Assembly (NCBI GenBank): GCA_017514235.1
Contig: JAFWKK010000016.1
Location: forward strand, 2,221 to 66,220
From: Kiritimatiellia bacterium
Lineage (GTDB): Bacteria > Verrucomicrobiota > Kiritimatiellia > RFP12 > UBA1067
Length of the DNA stretch: 64,000 nucleotides
Direction of reading: 5' to 3'
In this document: piece by piece, positions 37,572 to 47,183 of the stretch
Position numbering within the stretch: the stretch's first letter is position 1
How the letters are laid out: every line of letters begins with the position of its first letter
Translations under genes and position numbers: made by a program
Notes under the pieces: generated by a model
Seen by the model: only the letters and a program-made list of their open reading frames with translations
The model's database searches: none
What the model was told of the DNA's origin: nothing

Positions 37572-38912
37572 ATGAGGCATGCTTGTTTCGTCCTGGCTAT
37601 GACGGTCGTATGGCTGTCGGCGCTTGGGGCGGCTGGCGACGGCGGCAAAAGCGTACGCTACTTCTCAAACGACGGCAACGATGCCGCCGACGGACTGACG
37701 CCCCAAACGGCTTGGCGAACACTGGAGAAGCTTTGCAAGGACCTGCCCGCCGGCGCAGAGGCGCGTCTTCGCCGAGGCGACGTGTTTTACGGCAAGGTAG
37801 AGTTGAAGCCTGGCTTGAGTTCAGAACAGCCAACCGTGCTCACGTCATACGGCGAGGGCGCAAAGCCGGAGATATGTGCGTTCAAGGTGGCGAAGCCCGA
37901 CCCGGCCGTGTGGACGCCTGCCGGCACGAACAACCTCTGGCGGATAGACCTCGGCGACTATTCGAAGTTCGGCGGCAACCACATGACAAGGAACGGCAAC
38001 GTAGGCTTCCTGAAGGTGAACGGCCGCATATTCGGCCGTAAGTTCTTTGCGAAGCTGAAGAAGCCTCTTGAGCGGCAATGGGACTTCATTGACGACGGAC
38101 GCAACCTCACTGTATGGAGCAGAGGCAATCCTGCGCTTGCAGCGAAGGACATCCGCATCGCCCCGTGCATGGGCACATTGCCGTTCAGGAATCACATTGT
38201 GGTGAGCAATGTCGTTGTGCGTGGCACTGGCGCTCATGGCGCAAACGGCTGTGGCGTTGACATCCGAATCTTCAACTGTGCGTTTCTGGAGATAGGCGGT
38301 TCGCATCTGTATGGACACGGCGAGGGCGTGTCCCGCTACGGCAACGGCGTGGAATGTTGGGGAGGATGTCGCGACGTGCAGGTGCGCCGATGCGTGTTTG
38401 CGGATGTTTACGATGTTGGTTTCACCATGCAAGGCAGGCAAGCTCCGTTTTCGTGGGAGAACATTCACGCTACTGACTGCGTATTCGTCAGGTGTTCGCA
38501 ATGCTATGAGCTTTGGTTGAACAACTGCCTTCCTGGGATCGGCATGAAGAACTGTTCTTTCATGCGCAACCGTTGCATCGACACCGCGCGCGGCTGGGCG
38601 TATGACGTGCGTCCGGACAAGGCGAATGCCGCGCCGCTCCTGATGTACACCATGGCTACGGACACATGCGACATTCTTGTAAAGGACAACATCTTCATCA
38701 ACTCGCGCGGATATCTCATATTCAAGTCGGGCGGACTGGCCAACCTGCCGGAATCATACCGCGTCGTCGACAACACGGTCGTAGGACCTACGAACCAGCC
38801 CCTTGCCAATTGCGTGGGGCAGGGAAAGGCAGCGGCCGAGGCCGTGCGCGAGCGGACCATCCGCGCCGCGAACAGATTTGTCAGCCGCATGAAAGACGTT
38901 CACTCGCATTAA
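37572..38912 (+). CDS. Secreted right-handed parallel beta-helix repeat protein (start ATG 37572, or TTG 37557)
   Basis: Signal-like MRHACFVLAMTVVWLSALGAAG. SNDGNDAADGLTPQTAWRTLEKL is typical of the N-terminus of pectate-lyase-fold proteins. Repeated G..G/N..V segments are present. Confidence 0.65.
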   Translation: MRHACFVLAMTVVWLSALGAAGDGGKSVRYFSNDGNDAADGLTPQTAWRTLEKLCKDLPAGAEARLRRGDVFYGKVELKPGLSSEQPTVLTSYGEGAKPEICAFKVAKPDPAVWTPAGTNNLWRIDLGDYSKFGGNHMTRNGNVGFLKVNGRIFGRKFFAKLKKPLERQWDFIDDGRNLTVWSRGNPALAAKDIRIAPCMGTLPFRNHIVVSNVVVRGTGAHGANGCGVDIRIFNCAFLEIGGSHLYGHGEGVSRYGNGVECWGGCRDVQVRRCVFADVYDVGFTMQGRQAPFSWENIHATDCVFVRCSQCYELWLNNCLPGIGMKNCSFMRNRCIDTARGWAYDVRPDKANAAPLLMYTMATDTCDILVKDNIFINSRGYLIFKSGGLANLPESYRVVDNTVVGPTNQPLANCVGQGKAAAEAVRERTIRAANRFVSRMKDVHSH

Positions 38913-38925
38913 AGGGGAGATTGCA

Positions 38926-40353
38926 ATGAGTACACTTGGAATTCTAGCTGCCGTTATTGCGCTTGTGCCGGCTCCGCGAGAGCAGGCCTGGCGCGATGGC
39001 GTCTGCAACCTTGCGGAGAAGGGCGTTCGCTTCGTGCAAGATGCAACGCTGCCGCCAGAGGGCTATCGGCTCGACATCACGCCTGACGGCGCGACCGTGG
39101 CGAGCGCGGACGATGCGGGCGCGTTCTATGCCAGGAAGACGCTTAAGCAGCTTGGAACCAATGCGGTTCCGTGCGGAACCGTGACGGACGCGCCGGCATT
39201 CCGCTGGCGCGGTTTAATGCTTGACGAGGGCCGGCACTTCTTCGGCAAGGAGACGGTGAAGGCGCTGCTCGACCAGATGGCCGATCACAAGCTCAACGTG
39301 TTCCATTGGCATCTGACCGAAGACCAGGGCTGGCGGCTCGCCATCGACCGCTTTCCGGAGCTCGTGCAATACGGGGCCGTGCGGCCAGAGTCGCCGGTAC
39401 ATGGGTGCACTGGCAGGCCGAACGAATACCGCGGCAACGGACAGGTTTACGGTCCTTACTTTTACACGGCGACGGACGTGCGCGAAATACTCGCCTATGC
39501 GAAGGAACGCTTCATAACGGTCGTGCCGGAGATCGAGGTTCCGGGGCATGCCCGCGCGCTCCTCGCTGCGCACCCTGAGTTTGCGTGCCGCGAAGGGCTG
39601 CCGCGCGTGCCGCGCACGATGAACGGCATCGAGGACGATGTTCTCTGCGCCGGGAACGATGCGGCGATCCGTTTCATGGAACAGGTCTATGACGAGGTGT
39701 GCGCGCTCTTTCCCGGAACATACGTTCACATCGGCGGTGACGAGTGTCCGAAGAAGCGGTGGAAGGAGTGTCCGAAGTGTCAGGCGCGCATAAAGGCGCT
39801 TGGCCTCAAGGACGAGGACGCCCTTCAAGCATGGGTGACGCGACACTTCACCGACTATCTCGCGAAGAAAGGTCGGCGGACCATCGGTTGGGACGAGATA
39901 CTGGCCGGGGACCCTGGCTTGGAGACGGTTGTGCACAACTGGCGCAAGCCCGAATATGGAATTGAGGCGGCGGAGAAGGGGCATGACGTGGTCGTGTCCG
40001 CGCTTGGAGCGACGTACTTCTCCGTGCCGCAGGGCGTGAAGGACGATCCGTTCACCTATCTCAGCCCCAAGAGGCGCTGTCCGCTCGAAACTGCCTATGC
40101 GTTCGACCCTCTTGCAGGCATGACGGAGACGGCGAAGAAACGCGTTCTGGGCGCTGAATGCTGCATGTGGAGCGAATGCGTATGGAACGAGTACGACCTC
40201 GCCTTCAAGCTGTGGCCCCGCGCCTGCGCGTTCGCGGAGGCGGTGTGGACCGCACCTGCCGCCCCGCGTGATTTCACGGACTTCTCGCGTCGCATGGCCG
40301 TTCACCGCTCGCGTCTCATATCCGCAGGCGTCAACTGCGCTCCTTTGGAGTGA
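38926..40353 (+). CDS. Beta-N-acetylhexosaminidase (GH20)
   Basis: FRWRGLMLDEGRHFF, KLNVFHWHLTEDQGWRL and HIGGDECP motifs. GGGGAG Shine-Dalgarno upstream. Confidence 0.9.
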   Translation: MSTLGILAAVIALVPAPREQAWRDGVCNLAEKGVRFVQDATLPPEGYRLDITPDGATVASADDAGAFYARKTLKQLGTNAVPCGTVTDAPAFRWRGLMLDEGRHFFGKETVKALLDQMADHKLNVFHWHLTEDQGWRLAIDRFPELVQYGAVRPESPVHGCTGRPNEYRGNGQVYGPYFYTATDVREILAYAKERFITVVPEIEVPGHARALLAAHPEFACREGLPRVPRTMNGIEDDVLCAGNDAAIRFMEQVYDEVCALFPGTYVHIGGDECPKKRWKECPKCQARIKALGLKDEDALQAWVTRHFTDYLAKKGRRTIGWDEILAGDPGLETVVHNWRKPEYGIEAAEKGHDVVVSALGATYFSVPQGVKDDPFTYLSPKRRCPLETAYAFDPLAGMTETAKKRVLGAECCMWSECVWNEYDLAFKLWPRACAFAEAVWTAPAAPRDFTDFSRRMAVHRSRLISAGVNCAPLE

Positions 40354-40392
40354 ACGGCCCTACTTGAAGCCGTGGATTTTCAGGCGGGGTTT

Positions 40393-40401
40393 TGGTAAAA
40401 T
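40393..40401 (+). promoter_or_regulatory. Extended -10 box TGGTAAAAT (Tat phosphatase gene)
   Basis: Followed by ACC, matching the TGGTAnAATAC pattern. AAGGAGGA Shine-Dalgarno lies before ATG 40443. Confidence 0.45.
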
Positions 40402-40442
40402 ACCTTCATCAAGGTTTCAGCAATCCAAGGAGGACTTCTGTG

Positions 40443-41768
40443 ATGGATCAGAGCAGGCGCGAGTTCTTGACGAACACGGCTTGGAAGGGTGCTGCCGCAA
40501 TGGCGGCGGCAGGTGCTGCAAAATGCGGCATGGGGATGCTTCCAAGCGAACAGGCCGCTTACGACAGGTACAACGCGCTGACGATACCAAGGCCTGACGG
40601 CATTCTGGACGGAGAGCCGGTTCTGCAGGTCCCGGCGCCTGACTCGATGGGCGTTGCGTTCGCCGTGACTGCGCTTGCGAACGGTTTTGTGGAATTGGCG
40701 GACAATGCCCAGATGAAAGGTTCCGTGCGGTTCATGGCGGAGGGAATGCCGCAGGCAGGCATCGACGACCGCGTGCTGCAGGTGCGGATGACCGGACTCA
40801 AGTCCGGAACGAGGTACTGGTACCGTGCCGGAGCGGCGAAGCTTGAGCACCCGGTCGGCTACTGGACGAAGCCGTCGGAGATCGTATGGAGCGCGGTCCA
40901 CACGTTCGTCACCCCCGGCGAAAACGCGCCGTCCCACTTCGGCATGATGTGCGACACGCACGCCCACTTCGAGCAGATGGGGAAGATCACGAAGAAGTAC
41001 CGTGAGCTTGGCGTACCGCTGATGGTCTGGAACGGCGACATTCCTCGGAGTCTCACGAACAATCGAGAGGATTTCGTTCGGCACTATCTCGTGCCGCCGC
41101 ACAACGCAGGATACGCCGCAGACACGCCGATCATCCTGAACCGAGGCAACCATGACTACCGCGGCACTGCGGTGAAGCGCCTGGGAGAAGTGATGATGCC
41201 GCGCCTGCCGACAGAGCGTTCGGCGCGCGACTTCGCGCTCGACCGCAACTTTGCGTTCCGCATGGGGGAAGTCGCGCTTATAGGGCTTGACACCGGGGAG
41301 GACAAGCCAGACCATCATCCCGCCAACGGAGGCCTGTCCAGGTTTACCCCGTTCCGCATAGCGCAGACAGAGTGGCTGAGGGATCAGTTCAAGCGTCCGG
41401 AGATAGCAAGAGCTCCGTACGTCGTTGCATTCGTGCACATACCTTTGATCGAGCTTTGGCCCGGGGCCAACCCAGGGACGCTGCTTGAAGACTATGCCGT
41501 ATGGCAGAAGGAGTGCGCGGACCTGTGGGGCCCGATCCTCACCGAAAACAAGGCGCAGCTTGTCCTCGCCGGTCATATCCACCGTTACCGCTACGATGCC
41601 GCGACGCCGACGCGCTCGTGGGCGGAGATAGTGGGCGGAGGACGCGGGGACAGAACGTTTCAGACGCTGGTCGAGGGAAAGGTTGAGAACGGTCGGCTAG
41701 TGATACGCGTCTACAACACAGACGCCGGAACTGTCGTAGGCGAACATGTCTTCGCCCCGCGTGCATAA
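40443..41768 (+). CDS. Tat-signal purple-acid-phosphatase-like metallophosphoesterase
   Basis: MDQSRREFLTNTAWKGAAAMAAAGAA signal after AAGGAGGA. N-terminal PAP-like beta domain (LKSGTRYWYR). MMCDTHAH, WNGDI, RGNHDYRG and AGHIHRYRY motifs. Confidence 0.8.
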   Translation: MDQSRREFLTNTAWKGAAAMAAAGAAKCGMGMLPSEQAAYDRYNALTIPRPDGILDGEPVLQVPAPDSMGVAFAVTALANGFVELADNAQMKGSVRFMAEGMPQAGIDDRVLQVRMTGLKSGTRYWYRAGAAKLEHPVGYWTKPSEIVWSAVHTFVTPGENAPSHFGMMCDTHAHFEQMGKITKKYRELGVPLMVWNGDIPRSLTNNREDFVRHYLVPPHNAGYAADTPIILNRGNHDYRGTAVKRLGEVMMPRLPTERSARDFALDRNFAFRMGEVALIGLDTGEDKPDHHPANGGLSRFTPFRIAQTEWLRDQFKRPEIARAPYVVAFVHIPLIELWPGANPGTLLEDYAVWQKECADLWGPILTENKAQLVLAGHIHRYRYDAATPTRSWAEIVGGGRGDRTFQTLVEGKVENGRLVIRVYNTDAGTVVGEHVFAPRA

Positions 41769-41815
41769 CGCTGCTGCGGGAATGGCAAAGCAAGCAAAGA
41801 AACAGGAGGACGTTC

Positions 41816-42676
41816 ATGATGACAAGAAGGGATTTTCTGTCCGCATCTGCACTCGCTGCAGGCGCGTTCGTGGCAGGCGGCTGCGTTACGGCGGCGGCGA
41901 AACGCCGTCCGCAGGTAGCGGCGCAGCTCTACTCGATATGGAAGATTTTCTGGAAAGAGCCAGAGAAATGCCTTGCCGCCTTGAAAGCAGGCGGATTCGA
42001 TGGCGTTGAGTTCGCCGGATACGAGAACCACACGGCGAAGGAGATACGCAAGATGCTTTCCGACGCCGGGCTGAAGGCCGCGGGCACGCACGTGAACGGC
42101 GACATCGATCTCGTGGGCGACGGGCTGAAGCGATCTCTCGACTTCTGCGTCGAGGCTGGGATCGAAAGCATAACGACGCCGCACGCGAAGCGCGATTCCG
42201 CCGACGCCTACCGCCGCTTCGGGCATGACATGGGGCTGGCTGCCGAGGCCGCCGCGCCGTACGGCATAAAGGTCGGGGTTCACACGACGTACCATCACTT
42301 CACAACCGTCTATGAAGGCGGGATGACGGCGTGGGACGCCATCTACAGCGATGCGTCTAAACTGCTTCAGCAGCAGATCGACACGGCTAATGCGCTCCAC
42401 ACGGGCACTGACGTGGTCGCCCTCCTGAAGAAATACAGGAACCGTCATCACTCGATACACCTGAAGGAGAACGTGCCTACAGTGGCCGGCATCTTCGGCG
42501 AACGCCCGACGGACGGCGGACCGCTCGTTCCGTGGGACGAAGTCTTTGACTACATGTCCACCGAGCCGGGGTGCAGGTGGTACATCATAGAGGCGGAAGG
42601 CAAGCCGGACTCGCTTGAGCCTTGCATAGCCAACTGCCGTTTCGTGATGAAGGAGCTGGAGAGATGTCGCTTGTAA
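41816..42676 (+). CDS. Tat-signal sugar phosphate isomerase/epimerase (xylose-isomerase-like TIM barrel)
   Basis: MMTRRDFLSASALAAGAFVAGGC signal. GFDGVEFAGYENH and other AP-endonuclease-2/TIM family features. AGGAGGA Shine-Dalgarno upstream. Confidence 0.78.
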   Translation: MMTRRDFLSASALAAGAFVAGGCVTAAAKRRPQVAAQLYSIWKIFWKEPEKCLAALKAGGFDGVEFAGYENHTAKEIRKMLSDAGLKAAGTHVNGDIDLVGDGLKRSLDFCVEAGIESITTPHAKRDSADAYRRFGHDMGLAAEAAAPYGIKVGVHTTYHHFTTVYEGGMTAWDAIYSDASKLLQQQIDTANALHTGTDVVALLKKYRNRHHSIHLKENVPTVAGIFGERPTDGGPLVPWDEVFDYMSTEPGCRWYIIEAEGKPDSLEPCIANCRFVMKELERCRL

Positions 42677-43491
42677 ACATGAGGGAGATGCTGTGCGAGG
42701 CGCGGAACGCGCATCGCGCCGCAGGTGCCTTCAACGTCACGAACTACGAAACGGCTGCGGCTGTACTGAAGGCTGCGGAAGCCGAAAATGAGCCTGTCAT
42801 CATACAGCTTTACATGCGTCTCTTCGACACAGGCAAGGCATATGACCTCGCCGGGACGCTTCAGCGTCTCGCTTTCCGCGCCAAGGTTCCGGTAGCCCTG
42901 CATCTCGACCACGGCAATACGGTGAAGCAGGCGACGGACGCCCTCGCATGGGGCTATACGTCGGTCATGTACGATGGCTCGCGCTCGCCTTATGACGAGA
43001 ACGTGAAGTGGACGAAGCATGTGGCCGACTACGCCCATGCCCTCGGCGCCACGTGCGAAGGCGAAATCGGCCACGTCGCCCAGGGCGACGAGACAGCCCT
43101 GACCGACGTGGACGAGGCTGTGTCTTTCGCCAAGGCTACGGGCGTGGACGCGCTAGCCGTCTCGATCGGCACGGCGCACGGCTACTACAAGGCGGAGCCT
43201 AAGCTCGACATCGCACGCTGCGCGGCGATTGCGGATGCCCTGCCTGACGTTCCGCTCGTCCTGCACGGCGGCAGCGGAACCCCGCTCGCGGACGTGAGAA
43301 GGGCGATAGAGAGCGGCATCGCCAAGGTGAACATCGCCACGGAGTTCCTCGACGGCTACATCAAGTCGACGCTCAAGGTCTATGGCGATCTTCAGGGCGC
43401 GTTCGTGCCGCCTGACAAACTGGCGGATCCGATCATCGACGCGTGCGCCGCGCACGTACGACGGCTGATAAAGTTCTTTGCGGGAAGATAA
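42664..43491 (+). CDS. Class II ketose-bisphosphate aldolase (tagatose/fructose-1,6-bisphosphate aldolase family)
   Basis: AFNVTNYE, LHLDHG, SVMYDGS, CEGEIGHV, IGTAHGYY and LVLHGGSG motifs. It overlaps the upstream gene by 13 nt. Confidence 0.88.
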   Translation: MSLVNMREMLCEARNAHRAAGAFNVTNYETAAAVLKAAEAENEPVIIQLYMRLFDTGKAYDLAGTLQRLAFRAKVPVALHLDHGNTVKQATDALAWGYTSVMYDGSRSPYDENVKWTKHVADYAHALGATCEGEIGHVAQGDETALTDVDEAVSFAKATGVDALAVSIGTAHGYYKAEPKLDIARCAAIADALPDVPLVLHGGSGTPLADVRRAIESGIAKVNIATEFLDGYIKSTLKVYGDLQGAFVPPDKLADPIIDACAAHVRRLIKFFAGR

Positions 43492-43512
43492 ACAGGCGAA
43501 CGAAAGGGCGAG

Positions 43513-44766
43513 ATGACGGAAACGAAGTCTGATTCGCGCTACAAGTGGGTGATGCTTGGCCTTCTGGCGGTCACCTACTTTCTGATGCATTCCTCGAGAC
43601 AGGTGTTCAACGCATCTCTTCCGCAGATAAAGGCCGACCTCGCAGGTCACGGCGCGACCGACGCGCAGCTTGGGCTGTCGCGCACGATCTTCCTCTTCGC
43701 GTATGGCTGCATGGTGCCGTTTGCGGGGATGGCTGCGGACTTCTTCCGTCGCAAGTGGGTGATAGTGATCGGCGCGGCTCTATTCTCGACAAGCGTGTTC
43801 TTCACGGGTTTTGCCGATTCGATGCTGGTGTTCTTCGTGCTGTACGGACTCATGAACGGCGTAGGACAGTGCATGATTCCCGGACCGGCGTCTTCGCTTA
43901 TAGCGCAATACCATACTGAGACGCGGTCGACCGCGCTCTCCATCTACCAGTCTGCGCTTTACGTCGGCATTCTCGTATCGAGCGTGCTAGCCGGCTGGCT
44001 GGGCGGTGCGTCGCAGGGCGGCTGGAGGATTTCCTTCTGGGCGTTCGGAGGCGTTGCGGTCGCCTGGGTTTTTGCGCTTCTGTTCCTCCTGCGCGACACT
44101 CCCGCGCTAAAGGTCGAGGGCCATGACGACAAGCCGAGGTTCTCCGAGGCGTGTTCTGCGTTCTTCTCGAAGCCGTCCGCGCTTCTTCTCACGTTCGCCT
44201 TCGGCATGCTCGTCTTTGGCTCGAACTGCTTCCGCACGTGGATGCCGGCCTTCATGCAGCAAAAGACTGAATGGGGTCTTACGCCAGGATCCGCGGCGTT
44301 TCACTCGGTCTTCTGGTTCTACCTTGGCAGCTTCATAGGCATCGCGGTTGGCGCTCGCACGTCCGACAGGCTTTCGCACTTGCGGCCCGGCATAAGGCTT
44401 TCGGTCATGGCAATCGGACTGGCCATCTCCGCGCCGACGATGGCGGGAATGGTGCTTGTGCCAACGCTGACGCTCAGCTGCGTCATGATGTTCGTATTCG
44501 GGCTTGGAGGCGGATTCTTCGACTGCAACCTCTATGCGGGGCTCTTTGACGTCGTGGCTCCGCGCTTCAGGTCGGCCGCGATGGGAATGTACCTCTGCGG
44601 CGCGTTCTTCCTTGGCTGTCCTGCCACATGGGTGCTCGGCAAGGTGGGCGAGCATTATTCGCTTCAGGCCGGCATCGCGATCTTCGGCGGCACTTACGCG
44701 CTGGGTGCGCTTGCGATCTTCCTCGCACGCGTGCTGTTCTTCCGTCGGGACCGCTGCGGAGCCTAG
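43513..44766 (+). CDS. MFS transporter (anionic-sugar/ACS-like)
   Basis: 417 aa with about 12 hydrophobic segments and an MFS-like N-terminus RYKWVMLGLLAVTYFLMHSSRQVF. Confidence 0.85.
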   Translation: MTETKSDSRYKWVMLGLLAVTYFLMHSSRQVFNASLPQIKADLAGHGATDAQLGLSRTIFLFAYGCMVPFAGMAADFFRRKWVIVIGAALFSTSVFFTGFADSMLVFFVLYGLMNGVGQCMIPGPASSLIAQYHTETRSTALSIYQSALYVGILVSSVLAGWLGGASQGGWRISFWAFGGVAVAWVFALLFLLRDTPALKVEGHDDKPRFSEACSAFFSKPSALLLTFAFGMLVFGSNCFRTWMPAFMQQKTEWGLTPGSAAFHSVFWFYLGSFIGIAVGARTSDRLSHLRPGIRLSVMAIGLAISAPTMAGMVLVPTLTLSCVMMFVFGLGGGFFDCNLYAGLFDVVAPRFRSAAMGMYLCGAFFLGCPATWVLGKVGEHYSLQAGIAIFGGTYALGALAIFLARVLFFRRDRCGA

Positions 44767-44816
44767 TGCGCGACCCCGCCGCCGCGCAATAAGTTCAACA
44801 ACGGAGCGTGGCGAAA

Positions 44817-44825
44817 TGGTATAAT
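44817..44825 (+). promoter_or_regulatory. Extended -10 box TGGTATAAT (etfBA; leaderless)
   Basis: 7 nt between the -10 box and ATG 44833. Confidence 0.65.
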
Positions 44826-44832
44826 ACGCAGC

Positions 44833-45630
44833 ATGAGAACCTACAACTGCGTTGTCTGCGTCAAGCAGGTGCCGGACACCAAGAAGGTGACGGGCGATGC
44901 CATGAAGGCGGACGGTACTATCAACCGGGCGGCACTGCCGGCGATATTCAATCCTGAAGACAGGAATGCGCTTGAGGCCGCGCTCTACGTCAAGGAGACC
45001 TACGGCGGAACGGTAACCGTTGTCACTATGGGGCTTCCGGCGGCGAAGGCGGTCCTCCGCGAGGCGCTGATGTGTGGGGCTGACAGGGCGGTGCTGCTAA
45101 CCGACCGCAAGGCCGCCGGCTCCGACACTTTGGCGACTAGCTACATACTCTCGCAGGCTGTCAGGAAGCTCAATCCTGACCTTGTGTTCTGCGGACGCCA
45201 GGCCATCGACGGCGACACGGCGCAGGTCGGTCCGCAGATCGGCGAGAAGCTTGATTATGCGGTCGTGACGTACCTTGAGAAGCTGGTGCTGGACGGAGAC
45301 TACGCCGTGGCGACGCGTGACATCGGAACTGGCATCGAGACCTGCCGCGTGCAGCTGCCCGCTCTCTTCACGGTCACCGAGAAATTCGGCGAACTGCGTC
45401 CCTTCCAGATGCGCCGGGTGATGAAGTACAAGGACGCCGAGCCGGAGGTTCTTTCTTGCGACGACGTGGGCTGCGCGCCGGAGCGATGCGGCTTCGCAGG
45501 GTCGCCCACGAACGTCAACAAGATCATGTCTGTCGTGCTGGCCGGCGGCGAGTTCAAGGAGGTTCCGGCGACGGACGAGGGAATAGGCGGGCTCGTCAGC
45601 GAGCTGATTGCGGACCATACGATCGGTTAA
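44833..45630 (+). CDS. etfB: Electron transfer flavoprotein beta subunit
   Basis: MRTYNCVVCVKQVPDTKKV start; 265 aa; canonical EtfB pattern. The ATG lies 7 nt after TGGTATAAT. Confidence 0.92.
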   Translation: MRTYNCVVCVKQVPDTKKVTGDAMKADGTINRAALPAIFNPEDRNALEAALYVKETYGGTVTVVTMGLPAAKAVLREALMCGADRAVLLTDRKAAGSDTLATSYILSQAVRKLNPDLVFCGRQAIDGDTAQVGPQIGEKLDYAVVTYLEKLVLDGDYAVATRDIGTGIETCRVQLPALFTVTEKFGELRPFQMRRVMKYKDAEPEVLSCDDVGCAPERCGFAGSPTNVNKIMSVVLAGGEFKEVPATDEGIGGLVSELIADHTIG

Positions 45631-45639
45631 GGAGGGTTT

Positions 45640-46683
45640 ATGGATCGTGCGAAGGGTGAAGTCTGGGTGTTCGCCGAGCAGGAGGAGGGCAAGCTCTCCG
45701 ACGTGCCGTTCGAACTGCTTGGCAAGGCACGCGAACTGGCCGGCAAGCTGGGCGTGAAGGTCGGCGCCGTGCTGATGGGAGACGGAGTGGAGCCGCTTGC
45801 AGGCAAGCTGATTGCGGGCGGGGCCGACGTCGTGCATCTCGTGGAGGATCCTGCGCTCAAGGTCTTCCGCAACAAGGCGTACCGTCATTCGCTCGTCGAG
45901 CTGGTGAAGGAGTGCGGCCCGCAGATCGTCATCTTCGGCGCGACGCACATGGGGCGCGACCTTGCGCCGTCCGTCGCCTCTGCGCTGCAGTGCGGCCTCA
46001 CGGCTGACTGCACTGATCTCCAGATCGGCGACTACACGGACAAGAAGTGCGCATGCGAGGATGGCGAGCCAAAGGTCGTCAAGAATGTACTTCTCCAGAT
46101 TCGCCCGGCGTTCGGCGGCAACATCATCGCGACGATCGTTAACCCGTACAACTGGCCTCAGATGGCTACGGTGCGCGAGGGCGTGATGAAACCGCTGGCG
46201 GCGGACGCGTCGCGCAAGGGCGAAGTCGTGCGTCACGATTCGCGCCTTGGCGGAGTTGAGATTCCGACGGAGGTCCTGGAGATAGTCCGCAAGGTGTCGT
46301 CCGTCAACCTAAAGGGCGCACGCATCATCGTGTGCGGCGGTGCGGGCGTGGGGTCAAAGGAAAACTTCGCCCTCCTTCACGAACTTGCCGCGGCGCTTGG
46401 CGGCGCTGTCGGCGGGTCGCGCGCGGCGGTGGACCTCGGCTACTGCGAGCACGAGCGGCAGATAGGCCAGACGGGTGTCACGGTGCGCCCGGCGCTCATG
46501 ATAAGCTGCGGCGTTTCCGGCGCGGTACAGCACCTCGCCGGCATGCAGGACTCTGCGAAGATCATCGCCATCAACACCGACAAGGACGCTCCGATATTCA
46601 AGGTCGCGCACTATGGCATCGTCGGCGACCTCAACGTTGTCATCCCCAAGCTTATCAAGGCAATCAAGACGAAGGGCGAATAA
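45640..46683 (+). CDS. etfA: Electron transfer flavoprotein alpha subunit
   Basis: SCGVSGAVQHLAGMQDSAKIIAINTDKDAPIFKVAHYGIVGDL FAD-binding signature. Confidence 0.92.
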   Translation: MDRAKGEVWVFAEQEEGKLSDVPFELLGKARELAGKLGVKVGAVLMGDGVEPLAGKLIAGGADVVHLVEDPALKVFRNKAYRHSLVELVKECGPQIVIFGATHMGRDLAPSVASALQCGLTADCTDLQIGDYTDKKCACEDGEPKVVKNVLLQIRPAFGGNIIATIVNPYNWPQMATVREGVMKPLAADASRKGEVVRHDSRLGGVEIPTEVLEIVRKVSSVNLKGARIIVCGGAGVGSKENFALLHELAAALGGAVGGSRAAVDLGYCEHERQIGQTGVTVRPALMISCGVSGAVQHLAGMQDSAKIIAINTDKDAPIFKVAHYGIVGDLNVVIPKLIKAIKTKGE

Positions 46684-46857
46684 GAAGATACGGCCTTGGT
46701 GACGCACGATGCATCCACGGCCGTCAATTTGGTTTTATTGTAATGAAGGGTGCTGTCATTGTATTATCGTCGTACGCTTGCAAAAATGAAAGTATGGTTG
46801 CGCATTTGCACGTAGTTTGATGTTGTGTAGTGGGAAGAGTGTATGATAGAAAAAGAC

Positions 46858-47110
46858 ATGGCGGTAAGGGCGCGTGAATTAAGGCATAAATACCCTGTGC
46901 TGACCTGACTGGCCCAAGACAGTCCGGCAGGACTACGCTCGCCCGCAGCGTTTTTCCTGACGCAGAATATGTGGATCTGGAGGATCCGGAGATTCACGTC
47001 ATGGCGCTTTATGACATGCGTGAGTTCCCTAGGCGACATCCCGCTCCTGTGGTGTTCGACGAGGTTCAGTATGTCCCTGAACTTTTTCGTTATGTTCCCG
47101 AATTTGGCGA
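46858..47110 (+). pseudogene. Remnant of a DUF4143-type AAA+ ATPase gene (N-terminal ~85 codons only, frameshifted)
   Basis: ATG 46858 gives MAVRARELRHKYPVLT, then a stop. After a frame shift near 46905 the reading continues as LTGPRQSGRTTLARSVFPDAEYVDLEDPEIHVMALYDMREFPRRHPAPVVFDEVQYVPELFRYV. This covers the Walker A region (with K replaced by R) and the DE(V/I)Q box of that family. The remaining ~300 codons are absent. Confidence 0.65.
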
Positions 47111-47183
47111 AATGGGGCGGTGCAGGCGTCGGAGTGTCTGCCATGTCGCACACCTTCGCCGCTGGCAGCCGTCAAGATTGTGG

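Noticed and set aside
44767-44790. GC hairpin TGCGCG-N10-CGCGCA after the MFS gene, considered as a terminator. A similar loose ACGGCC/GGCCGT hairpin follows etfA at about 46694-46730.
   Set aside because: The stems are short (6 bp), the loops are long, and no adjacent U-tract is present. This is too weak to annotate.
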